A stretch of DNA of 64,000 nt, taken from Eledone cirrhosa (taxonomy: Eukaryota). The position numbers and the translations under genes were made by a program. Below, piece by piece: positions 27,831 through 42,649 of the stretch. The stretch covers positions 98,952,001 through 99,016,000 of the forward strand of contig OZ024743.1 of the NCBI GenBank assembly GCA_964016885.1, written 5' to 3'. The stretch's first letter is position 1. Each line of letters opens with the position of its first letter. The notes under the pieces are model-generated. The model worked only from the letters and a program-made list of their open reading frames with translations, was not told where the DNA came from and searched no databases.

Positions 27831-30399
27831 CACCAACTATCTTCTGCTCTACAATCTCTCCTGTTTACAGCATACACCAACTATCTTCTGCTCTACAATC
27901 TCCCCTGTTTACAGCATACATCAACTTCCTTCTGCTCTACAATCTCTCCGGTTTACAATATACACCAACTATCTCCTGCTCTACAACCACTCCTGTTTAC
28001 AACATACATCAACTACCTTCTGCTCTACAATCTTTCCTGTTTACAGCATACATCATCTACCTGCTGCTCTACAATCCCCCCTCTTTGCAGCATACATCAA
28101 CTACCTTCTGCTCTACAATCTCTCCTGTTTACAGTATACATCAACTACCTTCTGCTCTACAATCTCCCCTGTTTACAGCATACATCAACTACCTTCTGCT
28201 CTACAATCTCTCCTGTTTACAGCATACATCAACTACCTTCTGCTCTACAATCTCTCCTGTTTACAGCATACATCAACTACCTTCTGCTCTACAATCTCTC
28301 CTGTTTACAGCATACATCAACTAACTTCTGGTCTACAATCTCTCCTGTTTACAGCATACATCATCTACCTGCTGCTCTACAATCCCCCCTCTTTACAGCA
28401 TACATCAACTACCTTCTGCTCTACAATCTCTCCTGTTTACAGCATACACCAACTATCTTCTGCTCTACAATCTCCCCTGTTTACAGCATACATCAACTTC
28501 CTTCTGCTCTACAATCTCTCCGGTTTACAACATACACCAACTATCTTCTGCTCTACAACCTCTCCTGTTTACAACATACATCAACTACCTTCTGCTCTAC
28601 AATCTTTCCTGTTTACAGCATACATCAACTACCTTCTGCTCTACAATCTCTCCGGTTTACAACATACACCAACTATCTCCTGTTTACAACATACATCAAC
28701 TACCTTCTGCTCTACAATCTTTCCTGTTTACAGCATACATCAACTACCTGCTGCTCTACAATCCCCCCTCTTTACAGCATACATCAACTACCTTCTGCTC
28801 TACAATCTCTGCTGTTTACAGCATACATCAGCTACCTTCTGCTCTACAATCTCCCCTGTTTACAGCATACATCAACTACCTTCTGCTCTACAATCTCTCC
28901 TGTTTACAGCATACATCAACTACCTTCTGCTCTACAATCTCTCCTCTTTACAGCATACATCAACTACCTACTGCTCTACAATCTCTCCTGTTTACAGCAT
29001 ACATCAACTATCTTCTGCTGTACAATCTCTCCTCTTTACAGCATACATCAACTACCTACTGCTCTACAATCTCTCCTGTTTACAGCATACATCAACTATC
29101 TTCTGCTCTACAATCTCTCCTGTTTACAGCATACATCAACTACTTTCTGCTCTACGATCTCTCCTCTTTACAGCATACATCAACTACCTTCTGCTCTACA
29201 ATCTCTCCTGTTTACAGCATACACCAACTATCTTCTGCTCTACAATCTCTCCTGTTTACAGCATACATCAACTACCTTCTGCTCTACAATCTCTCCTGTT
29301 TACAGCATACATGAACTACCTTCTGCTCTACAATCTCTCCTCTTTACAGCATACATCAACTACCTTCTGCTCTACAATCTCTCCACTTTACAGCATACAT
29401 CAACTATCTTCTGCTCTACAATCTCTCCTCTTTACAGCATACATCAACTATCTTCTGCTCTACAATCTCTCCTGTGTACAGCATACATCAACTACCTTCT
29501 GCTCTACAACCTCTCCTGTTTACAGCATACATCAACTACCTGCTGCTCTAGAATCTCTCCTCTTCACAGCATACGTCAACTACCTTCTGCTCTACAACCT
29601 CTCCTGTTTATAACATACATCAACTACCTTCTGCTCTACAATCTCTCCTGTTTACAGCATACATCAACTACCTTCTGCTCTACAATCTCTCCTGTTTACA
29701 GCATACATCAACTACCTGCTGCTCTACAATCTCTCCTGTTTACAGCATACATCAACTACCTTCTGCTCTACAATCTCTCCTGTTTACAGCATACATCAAC
29801 TACCTTCTGCTCTACAATCTCTCCTCTTTACAGCATACATCAACTACCTTCTGCTCTACAATCTCTCCTCTTTACAGCATACATCAACTACCTGCTGTTC
29901 TACAATCTCTCCTCTTTACAACATACATCAACTACCTGCTGCTCTAGAATCTCTCCTCTTTACAACATACATCAACTACCTGCTGTTCTACAATCTCTCC
30001 TCTTTAAACATACATCAACTACCTGCTGCTCTACAACCTCTCCTGTTTACAGCATACATCAACTACCTTCTGCTCTACAATCTCTCCTGTTTACAGCATA
30101 CATCAACTACCTTCTGCACTACAATCTCTCTTGTTTACAGCATACATCAACTACCTTCTGCTCTACAATCTCTCCTCTTTACAGCATACATCAACTATCT
30201 TCTGCTCTACAATCACTCCTTTTTACAACATACATCAACTACCTTCTGCTCTACAATCTCTCCTGTTTACAACATACATCAACTCCCTTCTGCTCTACTA
30301 TCTCCCCTCTTTCCAGCATACATCAACTACCTTATGCTCTACAATCTCTCCTCTTTACAGCATACATCAACTACCTTCTGCTCTACAATCTCTCCTCTT

Positions 30400-33300
30400 T
30401 ACAGCATACATCAACTACCTTCTGCTCTACAACCTCTCCTGTTTACAGCATACATCAACTACCTTCTGTTCTACAATCTCTCCTCTTTCCAGCATACATC
30501 AACTATCTTCTGCTCTACAATCTCTCCTGTTTACAGCATACATCAACTATCTCCTGCTCTACAATCTCTCCTGTTTGCAGCATACATCAACTATCTGCTG
30601 CTCTACAATCTCTCCTCTTTACAGCATACATCAACTACCTACTGCTCTACAATCTCTCCTATTTACAGCATACTTCCACTACCTTCTGCTCTACAATCTC
30701 TCCTGTTTACAGCATACATCAACTACCTTCTGCCCTACAATCTCTCCTGATTACAGCATACATCAACTACGTTCTGCTCTACAATCTCTCCTCTTTACAG
30801 CATACATCAAATATCTTCTGCTCTACAATCTCTCCAGTTTACAGCATACATCAACTACCTGCTGCTCTAGAATCTCTCATCTTTACAGCGTACATCAACT
30901 ACCTTCTGCTCTACAATCTCTCCTGTTTACAGCATACATCAACTACCTTCTGCTCTACAATCTCTCCGGTTTACAACATACACCAACTATCTCCTGTTTA
31001 CAACATACATCAACTACCTTCTGCTCTACAATCTTTCCTGTTTACAGCATACATCAACTACCTGCTGCTCTACAATCCCCCCTCTTTACAGCATACATCA
31101 ACTACCTTCTGCTCTACAATCTCTGCTGTTTACAGCATACATCAGCTACCTTCTGCTCTACAATCTCCCCTGTTTACAGCATACATCAACTACCTTCTGC
31201 TCTACAATCTCTCCTGTTTACAGCATACATCAACTACCTTCTGCTCTACAATCTCTCTTCTTTACAGCATACATCAACTACCTACTGCTCTACAATCTCT
31301 CCTGTTTACAGCATACATCAACTATCTTCTGCTGTACAATCTCTCCTCTTTACAGCATACATCAACTACCTACTGCTCTACAATCTCTCCTGTTTACAGC
31401 ATACATCAACTATCTTCTGCTCTACAATCTCTCCTGTTTACAGCATACATCAACTACTTTCTGCTCTACGATCTCTCCTCTTTACAGCATACATCAACTA
31501 CCTTCTGCTCTACAATCTCTCCTGTTTACAGCATACACCAACTATCTTCTGCTCTACAATCTCTCCTGTTTACAGCATACATCAACTACCTTCTGCTCTA
31601 CAATCTCTCCTGTTTACAGCATACATGAACTACCTTCTGCTCTACAATCTCTCCTCTTTACAGTATACATCAACTACCTTCTGCTCTACAATCTCTCCAC
31701 TTTACAGCATACATCAACTATCTTCTGCTCTACAATCTCTCCTCTTTACAGCATACATCAACTATCTTCTGCTCTACAATCTCTCCTGTTTACAGCATAC
31801 ATCAACTACCTTCTGCTCTACAACCTCTCCTGTTTACAGCATACATCAACTACCTGCTGCTCTAGAATCTCTCCTCTTCACAGCATACGTCAACTACCTT
31901 CTGCTCTACAACCTCTCCTGTTTATAACATACATCAACTACCTTCTGCTCTACAATCTCTCCTGTTTACAGCATACATCAACTACCTTCTGCTCTACAAT
32001 CTCTCCTGTTTACAGCATACATCAACTACCTGCTGCTCTACAATCTCTCCTGTTTACATCATACATCAACTACCTTCTGCCCTACAATCTCTCCTGTTTA
32101 CAGCATACATCAACTACCTTCTGCTCTACAATCTCTCCTCTTTACAGCATACATCAACTACCTTCTGCTCTACAATCTCTCCTCTTTACAGCATACATCA
32201 ACTACCTGCTGTTCTACAATCTCTCCTCTTTACAACATACATCAACTACCTGCTGCTCTAGAATCTCTCCTCTTTACAACATACATCAACTACCTGCTGT
32301 TCTACAATCTCTCCTCTTTAAACATACATCAACTACCTGCTGCTCTACAATCTCTCCTGTTTACATCATACATCCACTACCTACTGCTCTACAATCTCTC
32401 CTCTTTACAGCATACATCAACTACCTGCTGCTCTACAACCTCTCCTGTTTACAGCATACATCAACTACCTTCTGCTCTACAATCTCTCTTGTTTACAGCA
32501 TACATCAACTACCTGCTGCTCTACAATCTCTCCTGTTTACAGCATACATCAACTATCTTCTGCTCTACAATCACTCCTTTTTACAACATACATCAACTAC
32601 CTTCTGCTCTACAATCTCTCCTGTTTACAACATACATCAACTCCCTTCTGCTCTACTATCTCCCCTCTTTCCAGCATACATCAACTACCTTATGCTCTAC
32701 AATCTCTCCTCTTTACAGCATACATCAACTACCTTCTGCTCTACAATCTCTCCTCTTTACAGCATACATCAACTACCTTCTGCTCTACAACCTCTCCTGT
32801 TTACAGCATACATCAACTACCTTCTGTTCTACAATCTCTCCTCTTTCCAGCATACATCAACTATCTTCTGCTCTACAATCTCTCCTGTTTACAGCATACA
32901 TCAACTATCTCCTGCTCTACAATCTCTCCTGTTTGCAGCATACATCAACTACCTGCTGCTCTACAATCTCTCCTCTTTACAGCATACATCAACTACCTAC
33001 TGCTCTACAATCTCTCCTATTTACAGCATACTTCCACTACCTTCTGCTCTACAATCTCTCCTGTTTACAGCATACATCAACTACGTTCTGCTCTACAATC
33101 TCTCCTCTTTACAGCATACATCAAATATCTTCTGCTCTACAATCTCTCCAGTTTACAGCATACATCAACTACCTGCTGCTCTAGAATCTCTCATCTTTAC
33201 AGCGTACATCAACTACCTTCTGCTCTACAATCTCTCCTGTTTACAGCATACATCAACTACCTTCTGCCCTACAATCTCTCCTGTTTACAGCATACATCAA

Positions 33301-36300
33301 CTACCTTCTGCTCTACATCTCTCCTGTTTACAACATACATCAACTACCTTCTGTTCTACAATCTCTCCTCTTTACAGCATACATCAACTATCTTCTGCTC
33401 TACAATCTCTCCTCTTTACAGCATACATCAACTACCTTCTGCTCTACAATCTCTCCACTTTACAGCATACATCAACTATCTTCTGCTCTACAATCTCTCC
33501 TCTTTACAGCATACATCAACTACCTTCTGCTCTACAACCTCTCCTGTTTACAGCATACATCAACTACCTGCTGCTCTACAACCTCTCCTGTTTACAGCAT
33601 ACATCAACTACCTGCTGCTCTAGAATCTCTCCTCTTTACAGCATACATCAACTACCTTCTGCTCTACAACCTCTCCTATTTACAACATACATAAACTACC
33701 TTCTGCTCTACAATCTCTCCTGTTTACAGCATACATCAACTACCTTCTGCTCTACAATCTCTCCTGTTTACAACATACATCAACTCCCTTCTGCTCTACA
33801 ATCTCCACTGTTTAGAGCATACATCAACTACGTTCTGCTCTACAACGTCTCCTGTTTACAGCATACATCAACTACCTGCTGCTCTAGAATCTCTCCTCTT
33901 TACAGCATACATCAACTACCTTCTGCTCTACAATCCCTCCTGTTTACAGCATACATCAACTACCTTCTGCTCTACAACCTCTCCTGTTTACAGCATACAT
34001 CAACTACCTTCTGTTCTACAATCTCTCCTCTTTCCAGCATACATCAACTATCTTCTGCTCTACAATCTCTCCTGTTTACAGCATACATCAACTATCTCCT
34101 GCTCTACAATCTCTCCTGTTTGCAGCATACATCAACTATCTGCTGCTCTACAATCTCTCCTCTTTACAGCATACATCAACTACCTACTGCTCTACAATCT
34201 CTCCTATTTACAGCATACTTCCACTACCTTCTGCTCTACAATCTCTCCTGTTTACAGCATACATCAACTACCTTCTGCCCTACAATCTCTCCTGATTACA
34301 GCATACATCAACTACGTTCTGCTCTACAATCTCTCCTCTTTACAGCATACATCAAATATCTTCTGCTCTACAATCTCTCCAGTTTACAGCATACATCAAC
34401 TACCTGCTGCTCTAGAATCTCTCATCTTTACAGCGTACATCAACTACCTTCTGCTCTACAATCTCTCCTGTTTACAGCATACATTAACTACCTTCTGCTC
34501 TACAATCTCTCCGGTTTACAACATACACCAACTATCTCCTGTTTACAACATACATCAACTACCTTCTGCTCTACAATCTTTCCTGTTTACAGCATACATC
34601 AACTACCTGCTGCTCTACAATCCCCCCTCTTTACAGCATACATCAACTACCTTCTGCTCTACAATCTCTGCTGTTTACAGCATACATCAGCTACCTTCTG
34701 CTCTACAATCTCCCCTGTTTACAGCATACATCAACTACCTTCTGCTCTACAATCTCTCCTGTTTACAGCATACATCAACTACCTTCTGCTCTACAATCTC
34801 TCTTCTTTACAGCATACATCAACTACCTACTGCTCTACAATCTCTCCTGTTTACAGCATACATCAACTATCTTCTGCTGTACAATCTCTCCTCTTTACAG
34901 CATACATCAACTACCTACTGCTCTACAATCTCTCCTGTTTACAGCATACATCAACTATCTTCTGCTCTACAATCTCTCCTGTTTACAGCATACATCAACT
35001 ACTTTCTGCTCTACGATCTCTCCTCTTTACAGCATACATCAACTACCTTCTGCTCTACAATCTCTCCTGTTTACAGCATACACCAACTATCTTCTGCTCT
35101 ACAATCTCTCCTGTTTACAGCATACATCAACTACCTTCTGCTCTACAATCTCTCCTGTTTACAGCATACATGAACTACCTTCTGCTCTACAATCTCTCCT
35201 CTTTACAGCATACATCAACTACCTTCTGCTCTACAATCTCTCCACTTTACAGCATACATCAACTATCTTCTGCTCTACAATCTCTCCTCTTTACAGCATA
35301 CATCAACTATCTTCTGCTCTACAATCTCTCCTGTTTACAGCATACATCAACTACCTTCTGCTCTACAACCTCTCCTGTTTACAGCATACATCAACTACCT
35401 GCTGCTCTAGAATCTCTCCTCTTCACAGCATACGTCAACTACCTTCTGCTCTACAACCTCTCCTGTTTATAACATACATCAACTACCTTCTGCTCTACAA
35501 TCTCTCCTGTTTACAGCATACATCAACTACCTTCTGCTCTACAATCTCTCCTGTTTACAGCATACATCAACTACCTGCTGCTCTACAATCTCTCCTGTTT
35601 ACATCATACATCAACTACCTTCTGCCCTACAATCTCTCCTGTTTACAGCATACATCAACTACCTTCTGCTCTACAATCTCTCCTCTTTACAGCATACATC
35701 AACTACCTTCTGCTCTACAATCTCTCCTCTTTACAGCATACATCAACTACCTGCTGTTCTACAATCTCTCCTCTTTACAACATACATCAACTACCTGCTG
35801 CTCTAGAATCTCTCCTCTTTACAACATACATCAACTACCTGCTGTTCTACAATCTCTCCTCTTTAAACATACATCAACTACCTGCTGCTCTACAATCTCT
35901 CCTGTTTACATCATACATCCACTACCTACTGCTCTACAATCTCTCCTCTTTACAGCATACATCAACTACCTGCTGCTCTACAACCTCTCCTGTTTACAGC
36001 ATACATCAACTACCTTCTGCTCTACAATCTCTCCTGTTTACAGCATACATCAACTACCTTCTGCCCTACAATCTCTCTTGTTTACAGCATACATCAACTA
36101 CCTTCTGCTCTACAATCTCTCCTCTTTACAGCATACATCAACTATCTTCTGCTCTACAATCACTCCTTTTTACAACATACATCAACTACCTTCTGCTCTA
36201 CAATCTCTCCTGTTTACAACATACATCAACTCCCTTCTGCTCTACTATCTCCCCTCTTTCCAGCATACATCAAGTACCTTATGCTCTACAATCTCTCCTC

Positions 36301-37540
36301 TTTACAGCATACATCAACTACCTTCTGCTCTACAATCTCTCCTCTTTACAGCATACATCAACTACCTTCTGCTCTACAACCTCTCCTGTTTACAGCATAC
36401 ATCAACTACCTTCTGTTCTACAATCTCTCCTCTTTCCAGCATACATCAACTATCTTCTGCTCTACAATCTCTCCTGTTTACAGCATACATCAACTATCTC
36501 CTGCTCTACAATCTCTCCTGTTTGCAGCATACATCAACTACCTGCTGCTCTACAATCTCTCCTCTTTACAGCATACATCAACTACCTACTGCTCTACAAT
36601 CTCTCCTATTTACAGCATACTTCCACTACCTTCTGCTCTACAATCTCTCCTGTTTACAGCATACATCAACTACGTTCTGCTCTACAATCTCTCCTCTTTA
36701 CAGCATACATCAAATATCTTCTGCTCTACAATCTCTCCAGTTTACAGCATACATCAACTACCTGCTGCTCTAGAATCTCTCATCTTTACAGCGTACATCA
36801 ACTACCTTCTGCTCTACAATCTCTCCTGTTTACAGCATACATCAACTACCTTCTGCCCTACAATCTCTCCTGTTTACAGCATACATCAACTACCTTCTGC
36901 TCTACATCTCTCCTGTTTACAACATACATCAACTACCTTCTGTTCTACAATCTCTCCTCTTTACAGCATACATCAACTATCTTCTGCTCTACAATCTCTC
37001 CTCTTTACAGCATACATCAACTACCTTCTGCTCTACAATCTCTCCACTTTACAGCATACATCAACTATCTTCTGCTCTACAATCTCTCCTCTTTACAGCA
37101 TACATCAACTACCTTCTGCTCTACAACCTCTCCTGTTTACAGCATACATCAACTACCTGCTGCTCTACAACCTCTCCTGTTTACAGCATACATCAACTAC
37201 CTGCTGCTCTAGAATCTCTCCTCTTTACAGCATACATCAACTACCTTCTGCTCTACAACCTCTCCTATTTACAACATACATAAACTACCTTCTGCTCTAC
37301 AATCTCTCCTGTTTACAGCATACATCAACTACCTTCTGCTCTACAATCTCTCCTGTTTACAACATACATCAACTCCCTTCTGCTCTACAATCTCCACTGT
37401 TTAGAGCATACATCAACTACGTTCTGCTCTACAACGTCTCCTGTTTACAGCATACATCAACTACCTGCTGCTCTAGAATCTCTCCTCTTTACAGCATACA
37501 TCAACTACCTTCTGCTCTACAATCCCTCCTGTTTACAGCA
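30400..37540. repeat. Tandem duplication, period 3545 then 3589 bp
   Basis: Offset 3545: TTCCAGC 30487/34032, 27-bp monomer 30974/34519, ATGAAC 31625/35170. Offset 3589: CTTATGCT 32692/36281 and the CTACATCT deletion ~33317/36906. Confidence 0.88.
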
Positions 37541-40500
37541 TACATCAACTACCTTCTGCTCTACAATCTCTCCTGTTTACAGCATACATCAACTACCTGC
37601 TGCTCTACAATCTCTCCTGTTTACAGCATACATCAACTATCTTCTGCTCTACAATCTCTCCTCTTTACATCATACATCAACTCCCTTCTGCTCTACAATC
37701 TCTCCTCTTTACAGCATACATCAACTACCTTCTGCTCTACAATCTCTCCTGTTTACAGCATACATCAACTACCTGCTGCTCTACAATCTCTCCTGTTTAC
37801 AGCATACATCAACTATCTTCTGCTCTACAATCTCTCCTCTTTACAGCATACATCAACTCCCTTCTGCTATACAATCTCACCTGTTTACAGCATACATCAA
37901 CTACCTTCTGCTCTACAATCTCTCCTGTTTACAGCATACATCAACTACCTGCTGCTCTACAATCTCTCCTGTTTACAACATACATCAACTACCTGCTGCT
38001 CTACAATCTCTCCTGTTTACAGCATACATCAACTACCTTCTGCTCTACAATCTTTCCTGTATACAACATACATCAACTATCTTCTGCTCTACAATCTCTC
38101 CTGTTTACAGCATACATCAACTATCTCCTGCTCTACAATCTCTCCTGTTTGCAGCATACATCAACTACCTGCTGCTCTACAATCTCTCCTCTTTACAGCA
38201 TACATCAACTACCTTGTGTTCTACAATCTCTCCTCTTTACAGCATACATCAACTACCTACTGCTCTACAATCTCTCCTGTTTACAGCATACATCAACTAC
38301 CTCCTGCTCTACAATCTCTGCTGTTTACAGCATACATCAACTACCTTCTGCCCTACAATCTCTCCTGTTTACAGCATACATCAACTACGTTCTGCTCTAC
38401 AATCTCTCCTCTTTACAGCATACATCAAATATCTTCTGCTCTACAATCTCTCCAGTTTACAACATACATCAACTACCTTCTGTTCTACAATCTCTCCTCT
38501 TTACAGCATACATCAACTATCTTCTGCTCTACAATTTCTCCTGTTTACAGCATACACCAACTATCTTCTGCTCTACAATCTCCCCTGTTTACAGCATACA
38601 TCAACTTCCTTCTGCTCTACAATCTCATCGGTTTACAACATACACCAACTATCTCCTGCTCTACAACCACTCCTGTTTACAACATACATCAACTACCTTC
38701 TGCTCTACAATCTTTCCTGTTTACAGCATACATCATCTACCTGCTGCTCTACAATCCCCCCTCTTTGCAGCATACATCAACTACCTTCTGCTCTACAATC
38801 TCTCCTGTTTACAGTATACATCAACTACCTTCTGCTCTACAATCTCCCCTGTTTACAGCATACATCAACTACCTTCTGCTCTACAATCTCTCCTGTTTAC
38901 AGCATACATCAACTACCTTCTGCTCTACAATCTCTCCTGTTTACAGCATACATCAACTAACTTCTGGTCTACAATCTCTGCTGTTTACAGCATACATCAT
39001 CTACCTGCTGCTCTACAATCCCCCCTCTTTACAGCATACATCAACTACCTTCTGCTCTACAATCTCTCCTGTTTACAGCATACACCAACTATCTTCTGCT
39101 CTACAATCTCCCCTGTTTACAGCATACATCAACTTCCTTCTGCTCTACAATCTCTCCGGTTTACAACATACACCAACTATCTTCTGCTCTAGAATCTCTC
39201 ATCTTTACAGCGTACATCAACTATCTTCTGCTCTACAATCTCTCCTGTTTACAGCATACACCAACTATCTTCTGCTCTACAATCTCCCCTGTTTACAGCA
39301 TACATCAACTTCCTCCTGCTCTACAATCTCATCGGTTTACAACATACACCAACTATCTCCTGCTCTACAACCACTCCTGTTTACAACATACATCAACTAC
39401 CTTCTGCTCTACAATCTTTCCTGTTTACAGCATACATCATCTACCTGCTGCTCTACAATCCCCCCTCTTTGCAGCATACATCAACTACCTTCTGCTCTAC
39501 AATCTCTCCTGTTTACAGTATACATCAACTACCTTCTGCTCTACAATCTCCCCTGTTTACAGTATACATCAACTACCTTCTGCTCTACAATCTCCCCTGT
39601 TTACAGCATACATCAACTACCTTCTGCTCTACAATCTCTCCTGTTTACAGCATACATCAACTACCTGCTGTTCTACAATCTCTCCTCTTTAAACATACAT
39701 CAACTACCTGCTGCTCTACAATCTCTCCTGTTTACATCATACATCCACTACCTACTGCTCTACAATCTCTCCTGTTTACAGCATACATCAACTACCTGCT
39801 GCTCTACAACCTCTCCTGTTTACAGCATACATCAACTACCTTCTGCTCTACAATCTCTCCTGTTTACAGCATACATCAACTACCTTCTGCCCTACAATCT
39901 CTCTTGTTTACAGCATACATCAACTACCTTCTGCTCTACAACCTCTCCTGTTTACAGCATACATCAACTACCTGCTGCTCTAGAATCTCTCCTCTTCACA
40001 GCATACGTCAACTACCTTCTGCTCTACAACCTCTCCTGTTTATAACATACATCAACTACCTTCTGCTCTACAATCTCTCCTGTTTACAGCATACATCAAC
40101 TACCTTCTGCTCTACAATCTCTCCTGTTTACAGCATACATCAACTACCTGCTGCTCTACAATCTCTCCTGTTTACATCATACATCAACTACCTTCTGCCC
40201 TACAATCTCTCCTGTTTACAGCATACATCAACTACCTGCTGCTCTACAATCTCTCCTCTTTACAGCATACATCAACTACCTGCTGTTCTACAATCTCTCC
40301 TCTTTACAACATACATCAACTACCTGCTGCTCTAGAATCTCTCCTCTTTACAACATACATCAAGTACCTGCTGTTCTACAATCTCTCCTCTTTAAACATA
40401 CATCAACTACCTGCTGCTCTACAAACTCTCCTGTTTACATCATACATCAACTACCTACTGCTCTACAATCTCTCCTCTTTACAGCATACATCAACTACCT

Positions 40501-42649
40501 GCTGCTCTACAACCTCTCCTGTTTACAGCATACATCAACTACCTTCTGCTCTACAATCTCTCCTGTTTACAGCATACATCAACTACCTTCTGCCCTACAA
40601 TCTCTCTTGTTTACAGCATACATCAACTACCTTCTGCTCTACAATCTCTCCTCTTTACAGCATACATCAACTATCTTCTGCTCTACAATCACTCCTTTTT
40701 ACAACATACATCAACTACCTTCTGCTCTACAATCTCTCCTGTTTACAACATACATCAACTACCTTCTGCTCTACAATCTCCCCTCTTTCCAGCATACATC
40801 AACTACCTTATGCTCTACAATCTCTCCTCTTTACAGCATACATCAACTACCTTCTGCTCTAAAATCTCTCCTCTTTACAGCATACATCAACTACCTTCTG
40901 CTCTACAACCTCTCCTGTTTACAGCATACATCAACTACCTTCTGTTCTACAATCTCTCCTCTTTCCAGCATACATCAACTATCTTCTGCTCTACAATCTC
41001 TCCTGTTTACAGCATACATCAACTATCTCCTGCTCTACAATCTCTCCTGTTTGCAGCATACATCAACTACCTGCTGCTCTACAATCTCTCCTCTTTACAG
41101 CATACATCAACTACCTACTGCTCTACAATCTCTCCTATTTACAGCATACTTCCACTACCTTCTGCTCTACAATCTCTCCTGTTTACAGCATACATCAACT
41201 ACCTTCTGCCCTACAATCTCTCCTGATTACGGCATACATCAACTACTTTCTGCTCTACAATCTCTCCTCTTTACAGCATACATCAAATATCTTCTGCTCT
41301 ACAATCTCTCCAGTTTACAGCATACATCAACTACCTGCTGCTCTAGAATCTCTCATCTTTACAGCGTACATCAACTACCTTCTGCTCTAGAATCTCTCCT
41401 GTTTACAGCATACATCAACTACCTTCTGCCCTACAATCTCTCCTGTTTACAGCATACATCAACTACCTTCTGCTCTACAATCTCTCCTGTTTACAACATA
41501 CATCAACTACCTTCTGCTCTACAATCTCTCCTCTTTACAGCATACATCAACTACCTTCTGCTCTACAATCTCTCCACTTTACAGCATACATCAACTATCT
41601 TCTGCTCTACAATCTCTCCTCTTTACAGCATACATCAACTACCTTCTGCTCTACAACCTCTCCTGTTTACAGCATACATCAACTACCTGCTGCTCTACAA
41701 CCTGTCCTGTTTACAGCATACATCAACTACCTGCTGCTCTAGAATCTCTCCTCTTTACGGCATACATCAACTACCTTCTGCTCTACAATCTCTCCTATTT
41801 ACAACATACATAAACTACCTTCTGCTCTACAATCTCTCCTGTTTACAGCATACATCAACTACCTTCTGCTCTACAATCTCTCCTGTTTACAACATACATC
41901 AACTCCCTTCTGCTCTACAATCTCCACTGTTTAGAGCATACATCAACTACGTTCTGCTCTACAACGTCTCCTGTTTACAGCATACATCAACTACCTGCTG
42001 CTCTAGAATCTCTCCTCTTTACAGCATACATCAACTACCTTCTGCTCTACAATCCCTCCTGTTTACAGCATACATCAACTACCTTCTGCTCTACAATCTC
42101 TCCTGTTTACAGCATACATCAACTACCTGCTGCTCTACAATCTCTCCTGTTTACAGCATACATCAACTATCTTCTGCTCTACAATCTCTCCTCTTTACAG
42201 CATACATCAACTCCCTTCTGCTCTACAATCTCACCTGTTTACAGCATACATCAACTACCTTCTGCTCTACAATCTCTCCTCTTTACAGCATACATGAACT
42301 ACCTGCTGCGCTACAATCTCTCCTGTTTACAACATACATCAACTACCTGCTGCTCTACAATCCCTCCTGTTTACAGCATACATCAACTATCTTCTGCTCT
42401 ACAATCTCTCCTGTTTACAACATACATCAACTACCTGCTGCTCTAGAATCTCTCCTCTTTACAGCATACATCAACTACCTTCTGCTCTAGAATCTCTCCT
42501 GTTTACAGCATACATCAACTACCTGCTGCTCTACAATCTCTCCTGTTTACAACATACATCAACTACCTGCTGCTCTACAATCTCTCCTGTTTACAGCATA
42601 CATCAACTACCTTCTGCTCTACAATCTTTCCTGTTTACAACATACATCA

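Larger units (their letters stand above)
1..29300. repeat. Left variant domain (subfamily A) of the array
   Basis: Marked by the recurrent variants CATCTACCTGCTG..ATCCCCCCTC, ACCAACTATC, ACTAACTTCTGGTC, CTCCGGTTT, AGCTTAC and CTACGATC, and by the 27-bp monomer. Boundary is approximate. Confidence 0.85.
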
